A program made the position numbers and the translations under genes. The notes under the pieces are model-generated. The model had not been told where the DNA came from and did not search any database. It saw only the letters and a program-made list of their open reading frames with translations. Of a stretch of DNA of 64,000 nucleotides, positions 18,093 to 29,653 are shown in pieces. Every line of letters begins with the position of its first letter. Position 1 is the stretch's first letter. This DNA comes from Bacillus subtilis subsp. subtilis str. 168 (lineage in GTDB: Bacteria; Bacillota; Bacilli; Bacillales; Bacillaceae): the NCBI RefSeq assembly GCF_000009045.1, contig NC_000964.3:2480001-2544000 (forward strand). The letters are read 5' to 3'.

Positions 18093-19076
18093 TTAAAACT
18101 CCGCTAATTCTCTCATCGCCGCTTCCACTTTATCAGGGTTGACCATAAAGTATTTTTCCATTGTCGGCGCATAAGGCATAGCCGGAATATCAGGACCTGC
18201 AAGCCGTTTGATCGGCGCGTCTAAGTCGAACAGACAATGCTCGGATATAATTGCGGCTACTTCGCTCATGATGCTGCCTTCTTTTGTATCTTCTGTGACC
18301 AAAAGAACCTTTCCAGTTTTGGACGCAGCTTCGATGATGGCTTCTTTATCAAGCGGGTAAACTGTTCTTAAATCCACCACATGCGCTGAAATGCCATCTT
18401 TTTCGAGACGTTCTGCAGCTTGTAAGGCGAAGTGGACACACAGGCCGTATGTGATCACTGTGATGTCGTCGCCTTCCCTTTTTACGTCCGCCTTGCCGAT
18501 TGGCAGGACATAATCATCAGCCGGAACCTCGCCCTTTATCAGACGGTATGCCCGCTTGTGCTCAAAAAACAGCACGGGGTCTTCGTCACGAACTGCGGCT
18601 TTTAAGAGCCCTTTCGCGTCATATGGTGTTGATGGCATGACAATTTTCAGTCCGGGCTGGTTGGCGAAAATTGCTTCGACTGATTGAGAATGATACAGGG
18701 CTCCGTGCACGCCTCCGCCGTATGGCGCTCTGACGACAATCGGACAGCTCCAGTCATTGTTGCTGCGGTAGCGGATTTTAGCCGCTTCAGAAATAATTTG
18801 GTTGACTGCCGGCATAATGAAATCAGCAAACTGCATTTCAGCAATCGGTCTCATTCCGTACATTGCCGCTCCGATACCGACTCCTGCGATTGCAGATTCA
18901 GCAAGCGGCGTATCCATAACGCGCTCTTCCCCAAATTGTTCATAGAGTCCCGCTGTCGCTTTAAACACACCGCCTTTTCTTCCTACATCTTCCCCAAGGA
19001 CGAAAACGCGAGAATCTCGTTCCATTTCTTCTTTCATCGCCAAATTGATTGCATCAATATATGACATTACTGACAT
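18093..19076 (-). CDS. bkdAB: BCKDH E1 beta subunit (327 aa)
   Basis: DTPLAESAIAG and AEMQFADF; start ATG 19076. Confidence 0.95.
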   Translation of the reverse strand: MSVMSYIDAINLAMKEEMERDSRVFVLGEDVGRKGGVFKATAGLYEQFGEERVMDTPLAESAIAGVGIGAAMYGMRPIAEMQFADFIMPAVNQIISEAAKIRYRSNNDWSCPIVVRAPYGGGVHGALYHSQSVEAIFANQPGLKIVMPSTPYDAKGLLKAAVRDEDPVLFFEHKRAYRLIKGEVPADDYVLPIGKADVKREGDDITVITYGLCVHFALQAAERLEKDGISAHVVDLRTVYPLDKEAIIEAASKTGKVLLVTEDTKEGSIMSEVAAIISEHCLFDLDAPIKRLAGPDIPAMPYAPTMEKYFMVNPDKVEAAMRELAEF

Positions 19077-19089
19077 TTGTTCTTCCTCC

Positions 19090-20082
19090 CTACTTCGCAT
19101 AAACATAATCAAGCGCTGACTCAGGAGCTGCATATGGGGCGTTCTCCGCTTCATCCGTCGCTTCATTTACGATTGCCATAATTTCATCCAGCATGGTTTG
19201 TTCTATCTCATCGGACAGCAGGCCTGTTTCCTTTAAGTAAGCTTGATAAGTAAGCAGGGGATCACTTTTTTTCGCTTCCTCTACTTCTTCACGGCCTCTG
19301 TAGCTGCTGTCATCGTCATCACTGGAATGTGGTGTAAGGCGGTAAGAAATCGTTTCAATTAATGTCGGGCCTTCTCCTCTGCGTGCCCTTTCGCGTGCTT
19401 CTTTAACCGCTTGATAAACTTCCAGCGGATCATTTCCATTCACAGTTACGCCAGGCATCCCATAGCCTATGGCACGGTCGGAAATGTTCTCACATGCGAC
19501 TTGCTTATCGTAAGGCACTGAGATTGCGTATTTGTTGTTTTCACACATGAAAATAACCGGCAGCTTATGGACAGCGGCAAAGTTTGCCCCTTCATGGAAA
19601 TCGCCTTGGTTTGAAGACCCTTCCCCGAATGTAACAAAGGCTGCGATATCCTTTTTCTCCATACGTCCCGCAAGCGCAATACCGACTGCGTGCGGCACTT
19701 GCGTTGTAACCGGAGATGATCCCGTCACAATGCGGTTTTTCTTTTGTCCGAAATGTCCCGGCATCTGGCGGCCTCCTGAGTTCGGATCTGCTGCTTTTGC
19801 AAACCCGGACATCATTAAGTCCTTTGCTGTCATGCCAAACGCGAGCACGACACCCATGTCTCTGTAGTACGGCAATACATAATCCATTTCACGGTCAAGT
19901 GCGAAAGCCGCTCCTACCTGTGCTGCTTCCTGTCCTTGACAAGAGATTACAAATGGAATTTTGCCAGAACGGTTTAACAGCCACATTCTTTCATCGATTT
20001 TTCTTGCTAACAGCATGGTTCTATACATATCAACGGCTTCCTGATCAGTCAGCCCTAGTGCTTGATGTCGGTTTGTACTCAT
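19090..20082 (-). CDS. bkdAA: BCKDH E1 alpha subunit
   Basis: TPP-binding motif GEGSSNQG...ENNKYAIS; PHSSDDD. Confidence 0.95.
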   Translation of the reverse strand: MSTNRHQALGLTDQEAVDMYRTMLLARKIDERMWLLNRSGKIPFVISCQGQEAAQVGAAFALDREMDYVLPYYRDMGVVLAFGMTAKDLMMSGFAKAADPNSGGRQMPGHFGQKKNRIVTGSSPVTTQVPHAVGIALAGRMEKKDIAAFVTFGEGSSNQGDFHEGANFAAVHKLPVIFMCENNKYAISVPYDKQVACENISDRAIGYGMPGVTVNGNDPLEVYQAVKEARERARRGEGPTLIETISYRLTPHSSDDDDSSYRGREEVEEAKKSDPLLTYQAYLKETGLLSDEIEQTMLDEIMAIVNEATDEAENAPYAAPESALDYVYAK

Positions 20083-20103
20083 TCAAGCCCCTCCTTTATG
20101 CTT

Positions 20104-21528
20104 TTAAAAATGAATGGCTTTGCCATCTGCGGCAAGCGCAGCTTCTCCAATTGCTTCAGAAAGCGTTGGATGCGGGTGAATCGTTTGCCCGACCTCCCAC
20201 GGTGTTGCGTCCAGCACTTTGGCAAGACCCGCTTCAGAAATCATGTCGGTGACATGCGGGCCAATCATATGAACGCCGAGAATATCATCTGTATCTCGGT
20301 CAGCCACGATTTTGACAAAACCGTCGCTTTCACCGTATACAAGCGCTTTTCCAATCGCCATAAATGGGAACTTGCCGATTTTGACATTATGCCCGTTCGC
20401 CTTTGCTTCGTCTTCGGTTAAGCCGACACTGGCAGCTTCAGGGCTTGAGTAAATGCACTTCGGCACAAGCGTCGGATCAAGCGGATGCGGATTGAGACCT
20501 GCAAAATGCTCAACAGCAATAATTCCCTCATGTGAAGCAACGTGAGCTAACTGCAGGCCACCGATTACGTCTCCGATTGCATAAATATGAGATTCCTTCG
20601 TTTGGCAGCTTTCATTGACTGAAATCATGCCATTTTCAGTAACAATATCGGTGTTCTCTAGGCCGATGCCTTCGATATTTGCCTGTCTGCCGATGGAAAC
20701 AAGCATTTTCTCAGCAGAATAGGTAACGGTTTCTCCGTCTTTTTCCGCTTGTATGCTGATATCGTCTGATGTTTTTGTCATTGTGTCAGGCAGCACTTTT
20801 GCCCCTGTTATGAACTGGATGCCTTTTTTCTTAAGAAGACTTTCCATTTCTTTTGAAATCTCTAGATCTTCAGTCGGCAATATGCGATCCGCGTATTCAA
20901 TAACCGTTACCTTAACGCCAAAATCATGAAGCATAGACGCCCATTCGATACCGATAACCCCTCCGCCGACAATGATGATTGACTGTGGCAGCTCCTCCAT
21001 TTGGAGCGCCTCATCTGAAGTCAGTACAGACTTACCGTCCACTTCAAGACCCGGAAGCATTCTCGGTCTTGATCCTGTTGCAATGATCACTTGTTTCGGG
21101 ATCAGCATGTCATTTTCTTCGCCATTTCCCCGCTCAACAGAAATTGTTCCCGGCAGCGGAGAGAAGATTGACGGTCCAAGGATACGTCCATATCCGGTGT
21201 ACACGTCAATTTTTCCTTTTTTCATTAAATGATTTACACCCGCTGCAAGCTTATCAACAACGGCTTGCTTACGCTGCTGCACTTTTTCAAAGTTGAGGGA
21301 CACGCCAGCCGTTTCCACTCCGAATTGATCGGCTTCACGAGCTGTCCGGTATACCTCTGCGCTTCTAAGCAGCGCTTTACTCGGGATACAGCCTTTATGC
21401 AGACATGTTCCCCCGAGTTTTTCCTTTTCCACAACGGCTGTTTTTAAGCCGAGCTGAGCGGCTCTGATGGCCGCAACATAACCGCCGGTACCGCCGCCCA
21501 GAATGACTACGTCATACTCAGTTGCCAT
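20104..21528 (-). CDS. lpdV: Dihydrolipoamide dehydrogenase E3
   Basis: GGTCLHKGCIPSK redox disulfide; HPHPTLSE. Confidence 0.96.
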   Translation of the reverse strand: MATEYDVVILGGGTGGYVAAIRAAQLGLKTAVVEKEKLGGTCLHKGCIPSKALLRSAEVYRTAREADQFGVETAGVSLNFEKVQQRKQAVVDKLAAGVNHLMKKGKIDVYTGYGRILGPSIFSPLPGTISVERGNGEENDMLIPKQVIIATGSRPRMLPGLEVDGKSVLTSDEALQMEELPQSIIIVGGGVIGIEWASMLHDFGVKVTVIEYADRILPTEDLEISKEMESLLKKKGIQFITGAKVLPDTMTKTSDDISIQAEKDGETVTYSAEKMLVSIGRQANIEGIGLENTDIVTENGMISVNESCQTKESHIYAIGDVIGGLQLAHVASHEGIIAVEHFAGLNPHPLDPTLVPKCIYSSPEAASVGLTEDEAKANGHNVKIGKFPFMAIGKALVYGESDGFVKIVADRDTDDILGVHMIGPHVTDMISEAGLAKVLDATPWEVGQTIHPHPTLSEAIGEAALAADGKAIHF

Positions 21529-21548
21529 GGTGACTCACTCCTGTCTGT

Positions 21549-22640
21549 CTATTCAATACGATATTGTTTGGATTGCTCTTCGCCCTGCAATACTCTTAGC
21601 GCCCCTTGGGCAAGAGACTGCAGTTCATTTTCACCCGGATAAACTAAAACGTCTGAAATCCAATCTATGTATGATCTGATAGCAGAAACAAAGCTTTTTC
21701 CGTACGCAAGGCCTCCCGTCAGCACAATCGCTTCAACTTCGCCTTTTAACGCCGCGCTGGCTGCCCCGATTTCCTTTGCTACCTGATATGCCATGGCATC
21801 ATAAATGAAGCGGGCTTTTTCATCGCCCCCTTGAATCATCTGTTCCACTTTTACTGCATCATTTGTACCGAGATAGCCTAAAAGTCCGCCGGTGCCAACA
21901 AGCTTTTTCATGATTTCTTCTTTTGTATATTCCCCTGAAAAACATAGATCAACAAGATCTCCCGCAGGCACTGTTCCTGCTCGTTCAGGACTGAATGGTC
22001 CCTCGCCGTGCAGGCCGTTATTGACATCCACCACTCGCCCGCGGTCATGGACGCCAATTGTAATACCTCCGCCCATATGGGTAATAATCATTTTCATGTT
22101 CTCATATCGTTTGCCAAGGGAGGCTGCCGCTTTACGAGCGACAGCTTTTTGGTTTAACGCATGGAAAATGCTTTTCCTTTCAATTTCAGGCATGCCTGAA
22201 ACTTTCGCAAGCACTGACATTTCGTCTACGACAACAGGGTCGACGATATACGAAGGGATATTCAGGCCGTCAGCGATTTCCCGCGCGATAATGCCGCCGA
22301 GATTAGAAGCATGCTGACCGGCGTAGCCGCTTTTCAAATCCTCAATCATCTCATCATTCACTACGTAGGTCCCGCCTTCAATTGGCCGGAGAAGGCCGCC
22401 TCTTGCGCAGACTGCATCAAACTTTGAAATATTGATTCCCTGTTCATGAAGCGTTTCGAGAATATGGTTTTTACGAAATTCATACTGATCAATAATTCGG
22501 TCAAATCGCTGCAGCTCTTCTATGTTGTGTCTCAATGTTTTTTCAAAAATGCTTCTTTCGTTATGAAAAACACCGATTTTCGTTGAAGTTGAGCCTGGAT
22601 TAATTGTGAGAATGCGTTTTTCGTCATGTAGCACTTTCAT
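21549..22640 (-). CDS. buk: Butyrate/branched-chain fatty acid kinase
   Basis: [16 protein letters not shown] and LTGGLAY ASKHA-family motifs. Confidence 0.95.
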
Positions 22641-22658
22641 AACCTCCAGATCAATTTC

Positions 22659-23753
22659 TTAACGTCTGCTTAATACACTGTGGCCGTTTTGCAAAAACTG
22701 GCTTCTTGAGCGGCGCATGCGTTCAATCCGTTCCTCTGCTAAGCGGTCAGCCGCTAAATATGCAGGAATGCCGTCACGCTGAGAAATCTCAAGTACACGC
22801 TCGATATTGCCGTAAATGCCTTCAACTTTTTTCAATGCACGTTCTGCATTATAGCCGTAAAGCTCATCTGCCACGTTGATGACACCGCCCGCGTTAATCA
22901 CGTAATCCGGTGCATAAACGATGCCCATTTCGTGAATTTGATCACCATGGCGTGTCTCTTTTAATTGGTTGTTAGCCGCACCTGCGATCACTTTCGCCTT
23001 CAGCTGTTTAATGGTGTCGTCGTTAATAGTCGCACCAAGGGCACACGGCGCATAAATATCGCAGTCTTGTGAATAAATGTCATCAGGATCTACCGCACGG
23101 GCGCCAAAATCTTCAACTGCACGCTGTACAGATTGTTTGTTGATATCCGTAACGATTAAGTTTGCTCCTTCTTCATGCAGGTGGCGGCAAAGGTTATAGG
23201 CTACGTTCCCAACACCCTGTACAGCAATGGTTTTTCCTTCAAGAGAGTCGGTTCCGAAAGCAGCTTTAGCTGCTGCCTTCATTCCTCTGTACACCCCGTA
23301 CGCTGTGACTGGGGACGGATTTCCAGAAGAGCCGAAAGCAGGAGAAATCCCTGTGACATAGTCTGTCTCATCATGAATGATATCCATATCCTCGACCGTT
23401 GTGCCCACATCTTCAGCCGTGATGTATCTGCCATTCAGTCCTTGAATATAGCGGCCAAACGCGCGGAACATTTCCTCATTTTTGTCTTTGCGCGGATCGC
23501 CGATAATGACTGTTTTTCCGCCGCCAAGGTTTAAGCCTGCCGCCGCGTTCTTATAGGTCATGCCTCTTGCCAATCTGAGCGCATCTTCAATTGCCGCTTC
23601 TTCATTTTCATATGTCCACATTCTCGTTCCGCCAAGCGCCGGACCAAGCGTTGTATCATGAATGGCGATAATCGCTTTTAATCCAGATTGTTCATCCTGG
23701 CAGAATACCAATTGTTCGTAATCGTATTTCTCCATATATTTAAAAAGTTCCAT
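22659..23753 (-). CDS. bcd: Leucine (branched-chain amino acid) dehydrogenase
   Basis: GGGKTVI, QGVGNVA, NAGGVI. Confidence 0.96.
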   Translation of the reverse strand: MELFKYMEKYDYEQLVFCQDEQSGLKAIIAIHDTTLGPALGGTRMWTYENEEAAIEDALRLARGMTYKNAAAGLNLGGGKTVIIGDPRKDKNEEMFRAFGRYIQGLNGRYITAEDVGTTVEDMDIIHDETDYVTGISPAFGSSGNPSPVTAYGVYRGMKAAAKAAFGTDSLEGKTIAVQGVGNVAYNLCRHLHEEGANLIVTDINKQSVQRAVEDFGARAVDPDDIYSQDCDIYAPCALGATINDDTIKQLKAKVIAGAANNQLKETRHGDQIHEMGIVYAPDYVINAGGVINVADELYGYNAERALKKVEGIYGNIERVLEISQRDGIPAYLAADRLAEERIERMRRSRSQFLQNGHSVLSRR

Positions 23754-23764
23754 GTTCGTTCCTC

Positions 23765-24664
23765 CTAATGTGTGTATTCTTCAGATGCGCATATTGCCAG
23801 CGCAATGGAATACAGTTTATTTTCAGCAGAGTCCGCTCTGCTTGTTAAAGCAATCGGTGCTTTTGCTCCTGTAATGACAGCCGCCACGCTGGCCTTGGCA
23901 AAATAAATCAGTGATTTATATAAAATATTGCCGGCCTCAATTGTTGGGACGAGAAGGATATCTGCGTTGCCCGCTACGTCTCCCGAAATTTTTTTCTGGG
24001 CCGCGGCAATTTGTGAAACTGCGTTATCCAAAGCAAGCGGTCCATCAACAATGCAGCCTTTGATCTGGCCCCTTTTGTACATTTGAGCTAGAGCAGCTGC
24101 ATTCACGGTCGCTTCCATTTTAGGGTTCACCGTTTCGACCGCTGCAAGGGCAGCTGCTTTTGGCATATTGTTCCCCACTGCATGGGCCACATGAACGGCA
24201 TTTTGCAAAATCTGCCGGAGCTCTTCCAGCGAAGGAGCAATATTCATTGCCGAATCTGTCACAAACATCAGCCGGTCAAAATCCGGTATATCGAAGACAG
24301 CCACGTGAGAAAGGACACTTGCTGACCGAAGCCCCTCCTGTCTGTTCAATACCGCTTTAAGCAAAACAGAAGTCGGCACATTGCCTTTCATTAAAACGTC
24401 CGCTGTTTTATGATGCACAGCACGAACCGCTAATTTCGCCGATTCCTCAGGAGTATTGGCATGGACGATTTCCACTTGATGCCCTTGCATGGATGATGTC
24501 AGCTCGTTCAGTTTTTTGCTGTCGCCCGTTAACAAGAAACGGGCGGATAGGTGCTCGGCTGCCAGCTTTACAGCCCGGATCACTTCCTCATCCTCAGCAT
24601 GAGCAACCGCAATGGTCTTATTTTTGTGTATCGACGCTTTGCCGATTAAATCTTTCAGCTTCAT
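23765..24664 (-). CDS. ptb: Phosphate butyryltransferase
   Basis: DGPLALDNA and LTSRADS PTA/PTB motifs. Confidence 0.93.
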   Translation of the reverse strand: MKLKDLIGKASIHKNKTIAVAHAEDEEVIRAVKLAAEHLSARFLLTGDSKKLNELTSSMQGHQVEIVHANTPEESAKLAVRAVHHKTADVLMKGNVPTSVLLKAVLNRQEGLRSASVLSHVAVFDIPDFDRLMFVTDSAMNIAPSLEELRQILQNAVHVAHAVGNNMPKAAALAAVETVNPKMEATVNAAALAQMYKRGQIKGCIVDGPLALDNAVSQIAAAQKKISGDVAGNADILLVPTIEAGNILYKSLIYFAKASVAAVITGAKAPIALTSRADSAENKLYSIALAICASEEYTH

Positions 24665-24702
24665 CTGTTACCACCTTTCTTGTTTCGACTCCGCCTTTTA
24701 TT

Positions 24703-24719
24703 ATGCAAGTTCCATGCCA
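24703..24719 (-). promoter_or_regulatory. SigL (sigma54) -24/-12 promoter of the bkd operon
   Basis: TGGCATGGAACTTGCAT on the minus strand. Confidence 0.9.
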
Positions 24720-24761
24720 GCTCTTAAGGGTGCTGTCATACCAGGTATACCGAAACATTCG

Positions 24762-24796
24762 TGCAGATGTTTGCGTTTATTCTGCAAATTATTGCA
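24762..24796. promoter_or_regulatory. Putative BkdR upstream activating sites
   Basis: TGCAGATGTTTGCG (24762) and TGCAAATTATTGCA (24783), 21 bp apart, upstream of the SigL promoter. Confidence 0.65.
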
Positions 24797-26867
24797 TGCC
24801 TTCATTTGCAAGGCCATATTTATCCATTTTGTAATATAAATTCCGAATGCTGACACCGAGAGCTTTTGCTGTTTTTGTCCGGTTAAAATGATGCTTTTCA
24901 AGCGTTTGCTGGATCAAATGCGCTTCAAATTTTTCTACTGCGACAGACAGCTTTTCGCCTTCAATATCCGGAAAATCAAAACCTGTTCCCTGATCTGTGT
25001 CATTTTCTTTTTGCTCAAGTTCGAATACAGGCAAGTGATCTTTTTCAATCCATTCCATATGCGGATTCAGAAAAATCATGGCTCGTCCAAGGACATTTTC
25101 AAGCTCCCGGACATTCCCAGGCCAATGGTAGGCAGATAAGGCGCGCAAGGCTTGCTGTGAGAGCCCTTTTACATTCCTGCCGTAATCCCGGTTGATCTTT
25201 TGGATAAGTCTGACGCTCAATGCTTCAATGTCCTCCAACCGCTGCCGCAAAGGCGGGATGGAGATCGGATAGCGATTGATCCGGTAATACAGGTCTTCCC
25301 GGAATGTTCCGTCCGCCATCGCCTTTTCAATATTTACATTTGTCGCCGCGATCACTCTGACGTTGACAGGGATCGCTTTCGTGCCGCCCACTCTGACGAT
25401 TTCCTTTTCTTGAAGGACGCGTAGCAATTTGGCCTGCATATTTTGTGTCAGCTCACCGATTTCATCTAAGAAAATACTGCCGTTATTTGCTTCCTCAAAT
25501 AAACCCTTTTTACCGCCGCGCTTCGCTCCTGAAAACGCACCATCCTCATAGCCGAACAATTCTGATTCGAGCAGGTTTTCAGAAAGGGCTGCACAATTCA
25601 CGCGAATAAATTTATTGTATTTCCGGTCACTTTCGTTATGGATGGCATGGGCGAACAGTTCTTTTCCTGTTCCTGATTCCCCGCGCAGCAAGATGGTTGC
25701 CGGTGTTTTCGCACCGAGCTTCGCCTGCTCAAGCGCAACCAGCATTTGCTCGCTTTTGCCGATAATGTCGTCAAACGTGTATTTCGCTTCAAGCGTGCGA
25801 ATAATTTGTCTGGCGCGATTAAGCTCCGCTGTCAGCATTTTAATTTCGGAAACATCGTGAATCACGCCGACGCTGCCTTTCAAAATCCCGTCCACAATCA
25901 CCGGTGCTACATTAACGATCACTTCTTTTTCATTCGGGCCGACCTTCATTCTGACACCGCGGACAGGACGTCTTGTTTCAAGCACCTTTAAATGCATGCT
26001 TTCGCCTTCGGAAATATCAGTGTTTGCAGGCTTGCCGATGACTTCTTTTTCAGAAAGCCCCGTCATTTTCGTATACGCTTTATTGATTAGCAGGCCGATG
26101 CCGTTTTCATCAACGACAGAAATCGCCTCATCGGAGGATTGAATAATTGCCTCCAGCATCGTACGGACCTGCTTTAAGTTGGTCACTTCCTCTGCCAGCT
26201 CGACCGCATCAGTGATATCTTTAAACACACAAAGAGCCCCGAGCAGACGTCCGCCTTCATCAATAATCGGCAGTCTTGTGGTCACAATTTGCAAATGATC
26301 GCCTAACAGCTGCTTCTGGTTGTATTCAGGCACTCTTGTTTTTAAAATCCGCGGCATCTTAGTGCTCGGAATCACTTCTTTTATTGGGCGCCCAATGACT
26401 TCCTCACGTTTTTTTCCGACCATTTTTTCGGCCATATGGTTAAAGAGAATGATTTCTTCATTGATATCAATAAAAATCATTCCATCATGGGTGGAATTAA
26501 AAATTCTGTCATATTTATAGGTTTGCTCTTTTAGCATTTGAATCAGGTGCTGCTTTTCTTCCATCAGCTGAAAAACGATGTATGCCATTTTTCCCGGCAT
26601 GACAATGGTATCTTCATGCTTTCTTTGAAGGAGCTCGTCAAACACGGCTTGATCGCCGGTAGTATGAATGACGATATCCGGTTTTTGTTGTATGTAAGGT
26701 TTCCAATCAGATGATACGGCAATCCCATACTGTTCTGCTTCTTTCAATCCCGGCGCCTCGGGGTCTTTGTCAACTACGGCAATGATATCTATGATGGCTG
26801 TTTTAATCAGAATATGTAATAACGCCGTTCCCCTTTTGCCGGCACCTACTATCAGTACCTTTTGCAT
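24789..26867 (-). CDS. bkdR: Sigma54-dependent enhancer-binding protein (692 aa)
   Basis: Two PAS domains, [25 protein letters not shown]-terminal HTH. Confidence 0.96.
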
Positions 26868-26935
26868 CCCGATACCCCTTTGTATGAAAAAATTTGCACA
26901 CCTATTTATTCCGTTGCAATAATTTGCACAACCCT

Positions 26936-26985
26936 ATGTTACCACGTTTTCTTCTCTTGACAAAATATTTTTTCCGCTGGACAAT
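26936..26985. promoter_or_regulatory. Overlapping divergent SigA promoters of bkdR and yqzF
   Basis: Plus strand TTGACA-17-GACAAT (26957-26985); minus strand TTGTCA-16-TAACAT with TG (26963 to 26936). Confidence 0.55.
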
Positions 26986-27019
26986 AAAGGAAATGAAAAG
27001 ATAAAGGGGTTTTCTGAAG

Positions 27020-27256
27020 ATGAGCCGACTTCTTGCGCTTTTAATATTAGTCATCCCCGGGGCTATTTCTGCTTTAGGCATTAAACTGATGAGAGATACA
27101 CTTTTCGGCCATACAATCAAGCCATTTTCAGCTCTTTGGCTCCAAGGGTTGTCAGGATTCATCTTTTTTGCGATCGGCCTCTATGTGCTGGCCGGGTTCA
27201 TTTTATACAGAGACAGAAAACGCAATCAAGTCAGCCCGCGATTCAGAAAACGATAG
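27020..27256 (+). CDS. yqzF: Small two-TM membrane protein (DUF2627-like)
   Basis: 78 aa, two hydrophobic helices, C-terminal GFILYRDRKRN; SD aaagggg. Confidence 0.85.
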   Translation: MSRLLALLILVIPGAISALGIKLMRDTLFGHTIKPFSALWLQGLSGFIFFAIGLYVLAGFILYRDRKRNQVSPRFRKR

Positions 27257-27259
27257 CTG

Positions 27260-27291
27260 AAAAAAAGCCGGAGAATGCTCCGGCTTTTTTT
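27260..27291. terminator. Bidirectional terminator between yqzF and mmgF
   Basis: aaaaaaagccggag/ctccggcttttttt. Confidence 0.85.
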
Positions 27292-27297
27292 GTTGCA

Positions 27298-28203
27298 TTA
27301 TTCGTCAGGCAAAACGGTCTTGGCAATCGTTTTGTCTAACGCTTCATAGTCATAATAAGAAATCGTATCGTACAGTTCTTTTCGTGTCTGCATATCATGA
27401 AGTCCTTCTTTTTGTGAGCCGTGCTCCTTCATCAAACCAAACATCCGCTCACAAGCTTTTGCCGCCGCTCGAAGCGAGGTGACAGGATATATCACCATGT
27501 GAAACCCCATATCTTCGAATTCATCGGCACGATAATATGGCGTTTTCCCAAATTCAGTCATATTCGCAAGGAGCGGAACGGGGATACGCTCAGCAAACTG
27601 GCGGAATTCATTCTCCGCCTGTAGCGCTTCCGGGAAAATTGCGTCCGCTCCCGCCTCAATGTAAGCCTCTGAACGTTTTATTGCGGCATCAAGCCCTTCC
27701 TGCGCCCTGGCATCAGTACGGGCAACAACAATAAGGGAGGGTGCCGCTTGTTTAATGGCTTTTATTTTTTGCGCCATTTCCTTTATCGGAACTAGCTGTT
27801 TGCCATTTAAATGTCCGCATTTTTTTGGGAGCTGCTGGTCTTCCATTTGAACGGCTGCTACCCTGGCTTCAAGCATCTCCCGGGCTGTTCGGGCGGCATT
27901 TAAGACACCGCCAAATCCCGTATCGATATCCACAAGCAAAGGCAGATCAGCTGCACGCACAAGATCTTTGGCCCGTTCAGCTATCTCTGCCGATGTGATG
28001 ATCCCTAAATCAGGCAGCCCCCTGCTGGCTGTATAGGCAGCACCGGACAAATAAATAGCAGAAAAACCGGCTTCTTTCGCAAGCAAAGCGGCCATCCCGT
28101 CATGGGCGCCGGGAATTTGAAGAATGTCCGGTGCTGACATCAGCTTGCGGAAACGCCCGGCAAGCTCCTCTTGTGACGATTGCTTATTGACGATCCACGA
28201 CAT
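27298..28203 (-). CDS. mmgF: 2-methylisocitrate lyase (PrpB; yqiQ)
   Basis: DIDTGFG and KKCGHL catalytic loop. Confidence 0.93.
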   Translation of the reverse strand: MSWIVNKQSSQEELAGRFRKLMSAPDILQIPGAHDGMAALLAKEAGFSAIYLSGAAYTASRGLPDLGIITSAEIAERAKDLVRAADLPLLVDIDTGFGGVLNAARTAREMLEARVAAVQMEDQQLPKKCGHLNGKQLVPIKEMAQKIKAIKQAAPSLIVVARTDARAQEGLDAAIKRSEAYIEAGADAIFPEALQAENEFRQFAERIPVPLLANMTEFGKTPYYRADEFEDMGFHMVIYPVTSLRAAAKACERMFGLMKEHGSQKEGLHDMQTRKELYDTISYYDYEALDKTIAKTVLPDE

Positions 28204-28220
28204 GAAACAAAATCCCCCTT

Positions 28221-29639
28221 TTACATGCAGAACATGTCTACGAATTCATTTACGCGCATCGTTTGTAATGTCTCATAGCTGGTACAGCGCTCATAAATGT
28301 GTTTGTGCTGTTTATCAGGAAAATGGGTTTTGAGATTGTCAGAAAACTTTTCCAGCAGTTTCGGCACTGCTTCCTCTCTTCGAAAACGATGGCCGAGGGG
28401 AAACTCACATTCCACCATTTCCGTGCTCGTTCCATCTTTAAAATGAACCTGAACGGCATTTGAGATGGAGCGTTTATCAGGCTTCAAATAATCCTCGGTA
28501 TATGTTTTATTTTCAGTCACTTCCATTTTATCACGAAGTTTATCTATTCTCGGATCATTCGCTGTTTCAGCTTCATAATGCTGTGCGGTGATATCACCAA
28601 AAAGCAAACCGATTGCTGTAATGTATTGGAGGCAGTGATCACGGTCTGCCGGATTGTGGAGCGGGCCTTTTTTATCAATGATTCGGATAGCTGATTCATG
28701 CGTTCTGATGACAACTCGGTCAATCTCGTCAATCCGGTTCTTTACCTGCGGGTGAAGAATGACGGCGGACTCCGCCGCTGTCTGGGCGTGAAATTCCGCA
28801 GGATAAGACACTTTAAATAACACATTTTCCATGACATAAGCGTCGAGCGGACGGGCAAGCTTGATCTCTTTCTTATTGAATAAAACGTCTTGGAACCCCC
28901 AACCCGGTGCACTCAAGGCTGTCGGATAACCCATTTCCCCTTTTAACGACATCAGCGCCAAATGAACACCTCTGCTCGTTGCATCTCCTGCCGCCCATGA
29001 TTTACGCGAGCCTGTATTCGGTGAATGGCGGTATGTCCTCAATGCTGCATTGTCAATCCATGCATTCGAAAGCGCATTTTTGATTTCTTCTCTTCCGCCG
29101 CCCAAAAGCTTTGCTGCAACAGCAGTTGTCGCAACTTTGACAAACAGCACATGGTCAAGGCCAACTCGATTTAAGCTGTTTTCTAACGCCAGCACACCTT
29201 GGATCTCGTGTGCTTTGATCATCATCTCAAGTACGTCGCGTACCGTTAACGGCTCTTTTCCTTCAGACAGCCTCACTCTTGATACATAATCAGCAGCGGC
29301 AAGGATTCCTCCCAAGTTATCGGATGGATGCCCCCACTCCGCCGCCAGCCACGTATCGTTGTAATCGAGCCAGCGAATCATGCAGCCAATATTAAACGCT
29401 GCCCTCACAGGATCGAGAACATATGACGTTCCCGGCACTTTGCTTCCATTCGGCACAGTCGTTCCTGGAACAATCGGGCCAAGCAGCTTTGTGCATTCCG
29501 GATACCGTAGCGCCAAGATTCCGCAGCCCAGGGTATCCAGCAATACATGCCCCGCTGTTGTATACGCTTCGGCACTAGTAATCTCTTTCTCAAGCACATA
29601 GTCTGTGATTTCTTCGATAACACGATCCGTTTTCGGCAT
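28221..29639 (-). CDS. mmgE: 2-methylcitrate dehydratase (PrpD; 472 aa)
   Basis: [19 protein letters not shown]; start ATG 29639. Confidence 0.94.
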
Positions 29640-29653
29640 TCTACCAGCTCCTT

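Noticed and set aside
24800-24860. CodY box near the bkd promoter
   Set aside because: CodY control of this operon is known, but I found no convincing match to AATTTTCWGAAAATT by eye.
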